Shown piece after piece: positions 41,443 to 52,991 of a stretch of DNA of 64,000 bases; positions within the stretch are counted from its first letter, which is position 1; every line of letters starts with the position of its first letter. This DNA is from Euprymna scolopes. Taxonomy: Eukaryota. A program made the position numbers and the translations under genes. The stretch is from the NCBI GenBank assembly GCA_053919585.1, contig CM132807.1. One strand, written 5' to 3'. Under the pieces are notes generated by a model. The model was not told the origin of the DNA. It searched no databases and saw only the letters and a program-made list of their open reading frames with translations.

Positions 41443-42308
41443 TGTTACATATAGGGGGTCTCATTTTTATTAAGAGGGATGTTGATGTACTCAGAGAGAG
41501 ATGTTGTTGTAAGAGACTTAGAGAGATTGTTCATATTAGGAGAGATTCTTATATATTAAATGTTCATTCCTTAATTGTGTTTATGGAAGAAGAAGAAAGC
41601 TCTTTGAGTGAGGACACAGTGTTCAGGCATTGTGTAGACATGATGTAGATTCTCATTGTGGATATGAAAAGTCGTGATGTGTATGAAACGACATTTTATA
41701 ACACAAATATATAATACAATTTCACTTTACCTTTTCGTAAGAATCATAAGACAAGACGAGCTTTACAAAACACATGATGGTTTATTTCGTCACGACCGGC
41801 CGTTTCCATCACCAAGAATTCAAAGTCTCACACTTTAGTTTCAAAGTGACGTCTCGCTTCCTAGACGCCTGACTGTCTCTCTCCGAGTTTCTTCACTGAC
41901 TGACTAACTCCAAAGTTTTTTCTCTATTCCTAGAACTTTCTATTTTCCGTGACGTCATACACATGTTAAAACATGTGCCTTCTTTCACGTGTTCTGGACA
42001 TACGTGTCCAAAACTTCTCCTATCCTCAGTAACCTATTTTTCCAATATGTTAAAAACATTATCTTATAAGCTGCATTCTTTCAATTTAAAATTTCATAGC
42101 AAACTTGACTGTTCACATTCTTCCCTTGAAATATTTATCTATATTCTAAACAAACGTTTGTCTTACATTTTTAAATTCTCACACATAATCTATTTCTAAA
42201 ACTAAACTACGAGGTTCGAATTCCGTCTGTTGCTATTTCATTTTCATTTTAACTAAATTCTCTATTTTTATACTTACATGAAAAGGGGACAGCCCTTATC
42301 ATATAACA
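41443..42308. mobile_element. Solo LTR (866 bp), same family as 27563-28452
   Basis: TGTTA...TAACA termini; flanks CGCC/CGTC (4-bp TSD with one mismatch). Confidence 0.82.
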
Positions 42309-42619
42309 CGTCGACGAAATTTGCATCTTCTAGGCATCGCAAATATACATTAATATGTTAAACTGCCTTAATTTGTAATGTTTTACGATTAATCTTTAGT
42401 TAGATCATATTTTTGTTCTTAAAACAAATCGATGTGCATGCATGAGTGAGTACATATTCAGAGTTAATTCGAAATTGTAATAATATCAATCTGTTATATG
42501 TACCCGGAATATGTACCAGGGATTGCCCGATATAAAACGCAGTGTTGATTTCCTTTTCAAAAATGAAGTATAAATCGGAAGAATAAACAGAGATATGTGC
42601 ATCTAAGTATCATTATCAT

Positions 42620-43400
42620 TTTTTAATAGTTCACTTATGACCTCCATTTGGCATCAATCCAAATGAATAGCTCCCGTTTTGGGGAAGCCTCATGTTTTGA
42701 CAAGCTTCTGGGCTTGACCTTTACTCATGCTCGGAAATTGAACACGTACATTAAATCTGTTCCAAAGGCCGCTGGAAAAAATGGTGGGATCCTTCTATGG
42801 ATCCAGTAGATATCCCACTGCTAATGCAATTCTCTATCTATATAAGAGCAAGGTACGTCCAAGGATGGAGTACTGTTGCCACATTTGGGCAGGAGCTGAT
42901 AGAAAGGACTTGTTCTGCCTTGATGGAGTTCAAAATATACTTTGTAGCCTCGTAGGAGATGTCTTTTTCTCTTCTCTGTGATCTCACAGAAGAGCTTTTG
43001 CGAGTTTGTCTCTGCTTTAACATTATGTTAACGGCAAGTGAGCTTCAATCTATTACCCCCCCCTCGCCAAACTTTCACAAGAAACAATCGCCTATCTGAA
43101 AACGCTATCAATAATTCCCCACTCTTTATCTGTGCCTAAACCTGAACGTAGATTCCATGAAAACAGCTCCTTTCTTAGAACTGCACACTCGTGGAATTGT
43201 CTTCCGTTATCCTGCTTTCCAGCTGACTACAATCTGATTGTCTTCAAGTCCAACGTAAACAAGTTCTTTATTAGCCGTTCGAATTAATTTAACAAATTTA
43301 CCGAATTTCTATTACTAACAACTGAGTACTGGACAAACTTAACCTTTAACCTCGAGTTGTTTTAGGCCTTGATGAGTGGTGATACTCATGTAAAAAATGT
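42620..43400 (+). mobile_element. CR1/Zenon-like LINE 3' portion
   Basis: ILYLYKSKVRPRMEYCCHIWAGA; family 3' motif GGCCTTGATGAGTGGTGA...TGTAAAAAA. Confidence 0.85.
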
Positions 43401-44303
43401 AGGAACATATTCAAGCTTAGTTCGAAAACAAAAGTCTACAGACAGTAAGTAAAATACGATAATAATTAAAAAAGCTTTCCATGGTATTAAAAAAAAAATT
43501 TAACCGTCCTAAGACGGTTGAAAAACAGAAAAAAAAATCCGATGTCCTCCAATTACTATTTTTTTTCAATTGTTACGCCTCATCAGTTTATAAAAAAACT
43601 AGCGACAAAATTTCAAGCGTTTAGTATAGAAATTTGTTGAGTGTACATATTGAGAGTTGTACTAAAACACACTTTACCATTTTTATAAAAATAATAAATT
43701 ATATATACTAATTGATAATGTACTAAAATATGTAGTTATATGATGAGAGAATTGTAAATGTCACATTAAATAAGTTTATCTCGTAATGTCTTATAAAAAT
43801 GAGTTTATTATAACAAAAAACGTTCCTAAAATAAATGCGTTCTAAAACAATCAGTAATACGTTAAGCGTACTGAAGGTTTTAAATATACTCCAACCTTTT
43901 TCATTTATTTTTTTCTCCAAAAGTTTAATGAAAATTTTTATATTAATTTACGCTTAGATTTCACAATATGTAACGAGAGCGGCAATATTTCATGCCACGG
44001 TAAGATTAAGCACACCTTATATATAATAACGGAAACATAACTATAAATCAACTCTTTGAATGTCATTCAGTTCCTAGCCATTTTCCATCATGAAAAAGAG
44101 AAATAAACTAAATGTTATTGTTTTTAAACGAGACCGTTAAGCCATGACAATCAAATTAGAGAACAACACAATAATATGTAATTCTCTGATAATGTTTTAT
44201 ATTTATGGTACCTCGGAAGCAGTTAATGTATATTGTTCTGCTTGATGCACATTCGATAAACCACAATATATATATTTGACACATAATTGAAATAAATAAC
44301 AGC

Positions 44304-44334
<31 letters not shown>

Positions 44335-44336
<2 letters not shown>

Positions 44337-45163
44337 GTATATAAAAGTGAACATATCTGTATGTCTGTGTGTCTTACTGTCTGCGTGCATTTCCCTACGC
44401 AATAACTCTGTCAATTTTTTCTCTACAGACTGGAAATTTGATATACAGGTTACTGAGATTTGGGAAAATCGATGTGGTAAGTTTCAGCCAATAATTTCGC
44501 TGGTAGGAGGTCAAAGTTCAACGATTTGACCTTTGAGAACCCTACCAAATTCCCCCGACAATTTTGGGTGTACACACTTAAAATTTTAGATATAGGTTCC
44601 TTGGAAATGGATCTAACGTAATAACAGGACTTGAGCATAATGCAATAAATGTTTAGGGGGTCATAATAGGGGTCAAAGTTAAAAAATTAACCCTTTTTTT
44701 GTTTTTGCTCGGAAATATACCTCCAAACACACAGGCAACGCCGAGCACCCATGTTAGTATATCAATAAACGTGAACGTGTCTGTGTGTCTTTGTGTCTGT
44801 GTGTATGTGTACATTTTTCTAGGCAATAAATCAGTAAATTTAAGTCTACAGACTCGACATTTAATATACAAGGCACTGTGATTTGGGCAAATCAATGTGA
44901 TCGGTTTTCGACTAGGAATGTGTCTGTTAAAGGGTAAAAGTTCATCGTTTCGACCTTTGAGTACGCTATCAAATTTCCCAGAAAATGTTGGGTGTACACA
45001 CTTGAAATTTGAGATATATGTTCCTTCGACAGGGATCTAACTTAATAACTGGATTTGAACCCAAAACAATAAATCTAAAGGGGTCATAATAGGGTCAAAG
45101 TTTATAAAAAATGACACTTTTTTTTGTTTTTTGCTCAGCATAAACCCCAAACACCTGGGCAAC
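44335..45163 (+). mobile_element. Two tandem ~420-bp non-autonomous Helitron-like units
   Basis: Units start near 44335 and 44757 with AAAxGTGAAC plus a (GTCT/GT) microsatellite and share internal sequence. The first ends GGCAACGCCGAG...TTAGT; the second runs into an N-gap. Confidence 0.6.
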
Positions 45164-45527
45164 NNNNNNNNNNNNNNNNNNNNNNNNNNNNNNNNNNNNN
45201 NNNNNNNNNNNNNNNNNNNNNNNNNNNNNNNNNNNNNNNNNNNNNNNNNNNNNNNNNNNNNNNNNNNNNNNNNNNNNNNNNNNNNNNNNNNNNNNNNNNN
45301 NNNNNNNNNNNNNNNNNNNNNNNNNNNNNNNNNNNNNNNNNNNNNNNNNNNNNNNNNNNNNNNNNNNNNNNNNNNNNNNNNNNNNNNNNNNNNNNNNNNN
45401 NNNNNNNNNNNNNNNNNNNNNNNNNNNNNNNNNNNNNNNNATTCTCTCTCCATTTTCTCTCTCTTTCTATCTTTTTTTCCACTGTCTTTCTCTCTCCCAC
45501 TTTTCGCTCTCTCTCTCTCTCTTAATG

Positions 45528-45594
<67 letters not shown>

Positions 45595-45849
45595 TACAGA
45601 AGAGTTTTTATTTAACAATCACTTCTTATGGAAACGTGAGAATGTAAGGTTTACAAAATATTACTGGCAGTAATATTCTATAAGTTATCCCATCTTAACA
45701 AGAATTGCTCGATATGCAAGACAGAGCAAATAAATCAAATTGTTATTCAATGAATTTAAAAAAAACTCTCATTGAAATGAAATTGAGTGGTTGAGTTTCA
45801 CATCAAAGAATGTTTATTATTCTTATCAAGACAAAGAATGCTTTAGAAA

Positions 45850-46688
45850 ATTAATCTCCTTAACCTATAGGGTTTCGGTCTCTACCATCAGAGGAGAGAA
45901 AATATTAGCAAATACCTATAAATGTATGCACCCTATTTGCTAAAGTCAGTGAGACATGGAAAGTCAAAGTCGAAATAATAAATTAATCAGAAGTCCTGTA
46001 GCAGGAGGATTTGCAGAAAAAGGATATGAAAGTTTTTTTAGATCCAGCTTGCTTGGTAAAATCCATGTTATGTGTTCTTTACATCGAAACGCTTCTTTTT
46101 GTGGATCGAAGTCGAATGTGTTATATACCGCTTTCATACATTTTCTTTTTTAAAGCGAAAGGTTTTGCCATCCAACAAACGTTATGTTATCTCTATTACC
46201 AATTTTCTATTTTTCTAATGTTGTAACTTCCCTTAAATGCGTATTATGTTGGTAAGTCTTGTAGAAAATGTTTTTTCTGAAATCATATCGTTTCTTAGGA
46301 AGCGTATAGGTCCATGTAGATTTGGTTTGGGTTCGTAAAAGTTTTGAAAATACAGGTCTTATTTTCTCTGCAACACATTTTTACTGTGGATACTGGTTGT
46401 TTGGATAAGGTGTGATCTTATAGACCTGTCGAAACGCTTACAGTGACGTGTCAGTAGGCGTATTTTGTCCTATTTAAGTGTTCGTTCTAACGTGTCAATG
46501 AAACAACGGGGGAGCCCGTTTAATCATGGGTTTTACTAGTGAGTATTTACATATTTAATATGAAACTTTTTTTCTAGAAACGCTTGAAGTAATCGGACGT
46601 ATCTTGTCACTTATAAACGAATCGACAATCCGAACATAGAAAATAATCTATTGAAGAAAATCAATAACTACCCCTGTAGTAAATGTCT

Positions 46689-46690
<2 letters not shown>
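45850..46690 (-). mobile_element. Possible decayed Penelope-like 3' fragment
   Basis: Degenerate coding-like minus strand ending in a hammerhead-like motif at 45855-45898. Protein motifs are weak. Confidence 0.3.
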
Positions 46691-46759
<69 letters not shown>

Positions 46760-48069
46760 ATTTATAAAATATATATGGCGATTAAGCTACACTGAATATT
46801 ATGCGTTTCATCTAACTATAAGATTCGTCAGGCTTATGCGCGAATTCTGTCGTTGCTTCTTGTTTTTATACATGTTGAGGATTTCTAGTTGGCCAATCAG
46901 CTTTCTAGTATCCACCGCGCCCCTTCCTACCAGCCAATGTATATATTGATTTAAAGGTTTTGAGGTGTTTTTAAGCATTAAAACGATGGTCCTTTTTGTA
47001 TTTAATAGTTTTATTGTCATTTTTTATATTTTTTATATCTCAAGCGGAACTCCACCCTTGGTAACAAAAAAGTATCGAAATGAAACACACACACACACAT
47101 ACGTGGGTGGGTGTTTGTGTGTGTGTGTGTTAGTACATCAAATAATGATAATTTGTCAAGTAATGTGAATTCTAGAAAGTATATAATCGATATAGAGGGT
47201 TAATGGGAATGTCATAATACATTACGTCATTTTTCAAATTTTGATTACGAATATATGTGTGTGTTTGGTTGTGTCGGTTTGTTTATCTATGTATTAATCT
47301 TTTCGTTTTATATTTTTAATCCTCGAGGCTAATAGTGTTATCGACACTCACGCCGAAAACCTTTCAGGTAACGTACGAAAATTTGCATTAATATCTTTGT
47401 AACTGAGACACATAATTGATTATCACTATTCTCCCTAAAAGGACGATGTGAAGCTTTTCGCTGTGTACGTTTCTAGTGGCTGGTTGAGCACGTCTATTCT
47501 ACAGGAACTTCAACCCTTTCTTATATTGGATTAACAAATTACATGAAAGATATAGGATATTCTCAATGATAACGTCAAGAATTGGCGCCGAATTACATTT
47601 CACATACTTATTTATCTAAGCCTTTCCATCCATTATTTTAATATACGGAATAATTTCGATCCGATATTTATTTTTCTAAGTTAAATGTTTACTTCCTAAA
47701 GGGGGAAATTGAAATATAGACTAACCTGTTTTACTTTTTTGTTTTTCGTCGCGCTCTTTTAAGGGGCGTATTTTTATTTATCCTAATAAAATGTATATGA
47801 AATATTATATTCATTTATTTAAATATTAAATTTAAAAAAAAATCACGGAGATAAAATATATCCATGGACAGCGATTTCTTCGTGACACCTTTTTCAGTGT
47901 TGATCAACTACTAACAAGGATTCAATTCCGGACTACGAAAGTTTTATCAATGAGACACAACAGAGTGTCAGATTTCAGAGGCGCTGGTAATCGCTTACAC
48001 ATACACGAACAGTTCTCAGTATATATATAGCGATATATTAGTAGGTTTTTATAACTGATTCTTTGTATA

Positions 48070-48147
<78 letters not shown>

Positions 48148-48148
<1 letters not shown>

Positions 48149-48502
48149 GTAAAAGAGATTTAGAAGGCTGTCACAATGCGAGGAATGAATTATAGCCCCT
48201 GTTGGTAAGAGGAGACGATAACAAGTGGCGATTTACAAATCAATAAGTGCATATATATATATTTTTTTTTTTACATATATATTTATTAAGTTGTATGGCA
48301 AAATGTCTAACTTGTAAGCTTATGCAACGTATTCCATTATTGATTTCGGAAAAAATGTCCCTTTTAGATTCAAAGCATGCTTTGAATCGACCTGTTACGC
48401 ACACCATTTGAAAAGGGAACATTTTTCCGAAATTAATAATGGAATACGTCGCATAAGCTTACAAGTAAGACATTTTACCATACAACTGAATAAATATATA
48501 TG

Positions 48503-48552
<50 letters not shown>

Positions 48553-48651
48553 TTATTGATTTGTAAATCGCCACTTGTTCTCGTCTCCTCTTACCAACAG
48601 CGACTACAATTCATTCCTCGCATTGTGACAGCCTTCTAAATCTCTTTTACA
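48148..48651. repeat. ~500-bp foldback (inverted duplication)
   Basis: Arms 48148-48365 and 48411-48651 are reverse complements with scattered mismatches. The spacer contains the perfect palindrome GATTCAAAGCATGCTTTGAATC. Confidence 0.9.
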
Positions 48652-48690
48652 CACCTATCCCACACAAGGTTTCAAGCAAACTACATATCA

Positions 48691-48756
<66 letters not shown>

Positions 48757-49791
48757 AACGGGGGTTAGAACAGTAGTCAAAAGAGCAGAATGTATTTTAA
48801 TGTGATAGCACAATTACTAATTTAATTAAAATACACGAGAAAAACGTGCTCGTTGTAATTTATTATAAGCTCGATAGGCAGACATCCTAGAGTTACTTTT
48901 ATATTTAGTAATATTAAGTAATATTTAGTAATATTTAGTAATGTGATTGATAATTTAAAATTCACATTAGAGTTAAAAAATAAAAATCTGTATGATAAGA
49001 AGGAACAACAATAAAGTAAATAATTTGTACGATCGTTTCGCAAACGATGTTTTTATTGTGATAGATATCAAGCCACGGACAATAATTTTGACATATGGTG
49101 TTTTTTAAACAAAATCTCCTCATCAGCACAAGTATTGGGTGTTTTTATATATAAAAGACTCCATAAATACACCTAGCAATTTAAAAGTAAGGCAGATGTA
49201 TCTGGAAAAAATTAACATAAAGAGGAAAATATTTATTTGATAAGAAAAGTAATATGAATTGAAAAGAAAAAAATAGAATACAATTATAAATCTGAATTTG
49301 GTTTAAATATAAGGTCATAANNNNNNNNNNNNNNNNNNNNNNNNNNNNNNNNNNNNNNNNNNNNNNNNNNNNNNNNNNNNNNNNNNNNNNNNNNNNNNNN
49401 NNNNNNNNNNNNNNNNNNNNNNNNNNNNNNNNNNNNNNNNNNNNNNNNNNNNNNNNNNNNNNNNNNNNNAATTTTATCGTATTAAGGCGTAAATATATAA
49501 TTTTAAAAAATATTATTTTGCACCAACCTAATATCGTGCAGTTAGGTGTTTCTCGTTCGGAACACACTCTTAACGATGTAATTTGAATTTATATTTTTAA
49601 TCTATATCTAATATGTAAAGTCGGTCTGCTGTTGGAAATTATACCGTGCCCAATATAAAGTAATTGCTTATAATGTTAAAAAAAAGATTAGGTGTTGTAA
49701 CTGAAACCAAGATATTCAACTGTGAAATGAACTTACTTCGTCCCGACAAGGGACGCTGTCATCTGTGTTGGTTGAGAGACATTGTTGTGTG

Positions 49792-49863
49792 CGGCCGTTT
49801 GCTCAGTTAGTAGAGTACTTGGCTCGCATGCAAGAGGCTCGGGTTTCGAATCCTGAGTTCGGA
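49792..49863 (+). pseudogene. tRNA-Ala(CGC)-derived Pol III head, copy 1
   Basis: A box GCTCAGTTAGTAGAG, anticodon loop with CGC, B box GGTTTCGAATCC. Confidence 0.7.
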
Positions 49864-49916
49864 TGTGTCTTACCAATGAGCCCAAATTAGGGCAAAATTC
49901 GAGTTTGGACTTCCGG
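49859..49916 (+). ncRNA. Degenerate type I hammerhead ribozyme, copy 1
   Basis: CCAATGA (for CTGATGA), stem II GCCC-AAATTA-GGGC, AAAAT (for GAAAC), TCGA, GT; stem I GTCT pairs with GGAC and CGGA with TCCG. Confidence 0.6.
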
Positions 49917-50030
49917 TTCGGTGACTGTCCTGACTCTTGTGGGCTGCGACGCTGTTGCCTGTGGAATTTATTATATATAATCACTCATATTCTGATAGGC
50001 CTATCCTAAGTTACTCGCTCGGTTAGCATG

Positions 50031-50094
50031 ACTGAAGTTAAAACTCCTACTTGTGAGACATCGGCTTGGGGTAATTAGTTGGTTGGATGACCGC
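50031..50094 (+). pseudogene. 5S rRNA-derived internal control region segment
   Basis: ACTGAAGTTAA resembles 5S box A (ACCGAAGTTAAG). CATCGGCTTGGGGTAATTAGTTGGTTGGATGACCGC resembles 5S CGTCGGGCGCGGTTAGTACTTGGATGGGTGACCGC (IE and box C). A short insertion separates the two. Confidence 0.6.
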
Positions 50095-50165
50095 GTCCAT
50101 TGTCGAGACGAAGTAGGTTCATTTCACATTTGCTTGGTCTTTGTTGGTTAATAGAAATTCTTGTG

Positions 50166-50239
50166 TTCGGGCGTGTGCTCAGTTGGTAGAGTACTTGCCT
50201 CGCATGCAAGAGGCTGGGGTTTCTACTCCTGAGTTCGGA
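50166..50239 (+). pseudogene. tRNA-Ala(CGC)-derived Pol III head, copy 2
   Basis: A box GCTCAGTTGGTAGAG; anticodon arm CTTGC-CTCGCAT-GCAAG (5-bp stem, 7-nt loop, CGC); decayed B box. Confidence 0.7.
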
Positions 50240-50292
50240 TGTGTCTAACTGATGAGGACAAATGAGGCCGTAACTCGAGTCTTGGATTCCGG
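50235..50292 (+). ncRNA. Type I hammerhead ribozyme, copy 2 (one core substitution)
   Basis: GTCTAA-CTGATGA(50249-55)-GGAC AAATGA GGCC-GTAAC(for GAAAC)-TCGA-GTC|TTGGAT TCCGG. Predicted cleavage after 50281. Confidence 0.72.
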
Positions 50293-50371
50293 TTCATTTA
50301 CCGTCATGGCTCTTGTGGGCTGCGAGGTTGTTTGCCTGTGGAATTTATTATATATAATGTCTCCCATTCTG

Positions 50372-50425
<54 letters not shown>

Positions 50426-50492
50426 CGAAAATGCGCAAATACGTCTGCTTCTTTGTGTTTTTGGTTTGTTTACAATGATATATATATATATA

Positions 50493-50547
<55 letters not shown>

Positions 50548-50714
50548 CGATTAACTACACAGAATATTCCGCGTTTTGTGTAGCGTAATCGACGTATCTA
50601 TTTTATAACTTACTACCTTGCTCTACCTACGTATTGAGCACTGTCGAAATAAATACTTAAAGTTTACTTATAAATTTATACTACGTATATTAATTTATGT
50701 GATTACATGATGGG

Positions 50715-50790
<76 letters not shown>

Positions 50791-50794
<4 letters not shown>

Positions 50795-51240
50795 GTGTCC
50801 CAGAATACCCGCATTATGTCGATTTTTTTAATCCATATAAATACATATGAATATCAATTTTATTATTAATAATCATAATAGATGCTAAAATTATTGACCC
50901 TCTGCGTTGATACAGTCACTTTATGCATGAAATTTATGAAGCTTAATAATACGATATGCTGATGATGTGCTATTTTAAGCTCCTCGCTCATTTTTCATGA
51001 TGATTTTACGGGGGCTTCTAGCAACATTCTCTAAAACAATTGTTGGTGTTTCTTCATCAGTTTCATTCTTTCGTCGACCACACCTCTAACAGTTAGCAAC
51101 TGACCCATTTTCTTGGTAAAGGTTAATTAAACCTCAGACCGTGATATGGACCAATAGTCTTTCTCGCTGGTGATGAGTGCGGTAGAATTCTTCAGCTACA
51201 GAGGGGTATGTAACCTCATTTCTTCCGAACATAAAAATCA
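50791..51240. mobile_element. Tc1/mariner terminal fragment
   Basis: (TA)n followed by a CAGAGTGTCCCAGAA terminus typical of Tc1-like TIRs. The other end is lost in the N-gap. Confidence 0.4.
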
Positions 51241-52991
51241 ATAATTATATNNNNNNNNNNNNNNNNNNNNNNNNNNNNNNNNNNNNNNNNNNNNNNNNNN
51301 NNNNNNNNNNNNNNNNNNNNNNNNNNNNNNNNNNNNNNNNNNNNNNNNNNNNNNNNNNNNNNNNNNNNNNNNNNNNNNNNNNNNNNNNNNNNNNNNNNNN
51401 NNNNNNNNNNNNNNNNNNNNNNNNNNNNNNNNNNNNNNNNNNNNNNNNNNNNNNNNNNNNNNNNNNNNNNNNNNNNNNNNNNTCACTCATTTGTCTCCAT
51501 TAGCCCAGCCTTGTCAGTGGAGATTTTAATTTCTCCCATATATTTTTCTGCTTACATTTATCGTTTTTTAAATAATAATATTTGAATTTCATTCCCTTTT
51601 CCTTGTATCCATTTGTGAAGTATTCCATGGATTTCTGCATTTTGGATTACTTTGGACCATCATCCAATTACGGGATTCCCTTGGATTTTACATGTGGAAA
51701 TGGAAATTAAACTAACTTTTTTCTGATGCTGAATTTTTAGATTTTATCGTTATTAGATATTTTACCCTCTTCCAGACTATCACTTTTTCTTCACCCTATC
51801 TCCTGTTTCACTTTCTCTTAATGTGACATAATGTAGCTTAATTACATATTTTGCAAGCAAAATCCAATCCCGAATTTTGCTAAATCCTACCCTCTGATGA
51901 GAAAGAAAGTATTTTTCGAAACAGCGCAGCTTAAAGAATATCCACGTATTTAGTTTTTCTTTTGCAAAATTAAATATGTTTTTAACTCGTTTTCAAAGTG
52001 GTGTTTAACATATTTTATTAACTACTTGTTCTCATATATATTGCAAAAATCCCCATCTGGACAACATTTTTTAAGTTTTCATTAACAGATTCCACATACA
52101 AATTAATTGTGTTAACTATTTTCCTCCCACTTATGTTACTTTGGAAAATTTTTATATATACTTCTCCATTCTAATAATATCTTGGATTACATTCTAGAAG
52201 AAACCTTATCACGATTGCTAATATCGATAACGGAAGTAGTTCCTACTTCTCCTATAAATATACATTCCTCCCACCGCCCGCAGTCATACGGTGAATATAT
52301 ATACACATGAAAACTATATTGCCTTGACGCCCTTCTTTACTAAATCATGCATTCATAGGCATCGAAATAATCTTTCCACTTCCCGATTAAAATAATAACT
52401 ATTTTTCGTTAGTAACATTCCAGCTATACTTATTAGCTGAGAGAATGATTATCTATTATTTAATTATAAACACATTCTTTTAGAAAACGAACACACCCAG
52501 ACTTTACAAACATGTCTGCTCTCGCTACAGCCAAAAATATTATTATAAATATTAAACCAAATACAAATTGTTACGCTCTCATAATCAAAAAGTTACGTAG
52601 TTATACACTCACATTTACGCTCAACTACCCGTAAAAACCGCTCCGTCAAATAAAATATATACAATTTACGGAAATAATTTTTTCGCATCCGATCATACTG
52701 GTTAAACGACAAGGGTGATACTTCTTTTATTGTGTTTATTTTGAGCTTAGTTTTATGACGGGCCTTTTCATTCTTCATACGTTTTCCTTTATTTACATTT
52801 TTTATTATTATGCTAACATTAAATCGCACCATACCCCTATATACCCATATAGAGAAAATATTCTGACAACTCCACCATTTCCCCCACTCACTAAACTAAT
52901 ATAGGGGTCTTACTGGCATTTTAGTTTTAGAGCATATTGGAGGTGTCCGTTCCGAATATATTCTTTCGATTAAGATGTTGGCCTTATGCAG

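Larger units (their letters stand above)
49721..50373 (+). mobile_element. Retrozyme-like tandem repeat (~376-bp period): tRNA-Ala head, type I hammerhead, 5S-derived segment
   Basis: GCTCAGTT(A/G)GTAGAGTACTT occurs at 49801 and 50177. The two units align through ATTCTGAT and each carries hammerhead core remnants. Confidence 0.75.

Noticed and set aside
27563-42308. A single 14.7-kb LTR retrotransposon bounded by the two LTRs
   Set aside because: The outer flanks (ATAT versus CGTC) do not match, each LTR has its own TSD, and there is no gag/pol inside.
49792-50239. Functional tRNA-Ala genes
   Set aside because: Acceptor stem and spacing are aberrant, the B box is altered, there is no poly-T terminator, and both are embedded in a repeat unit.
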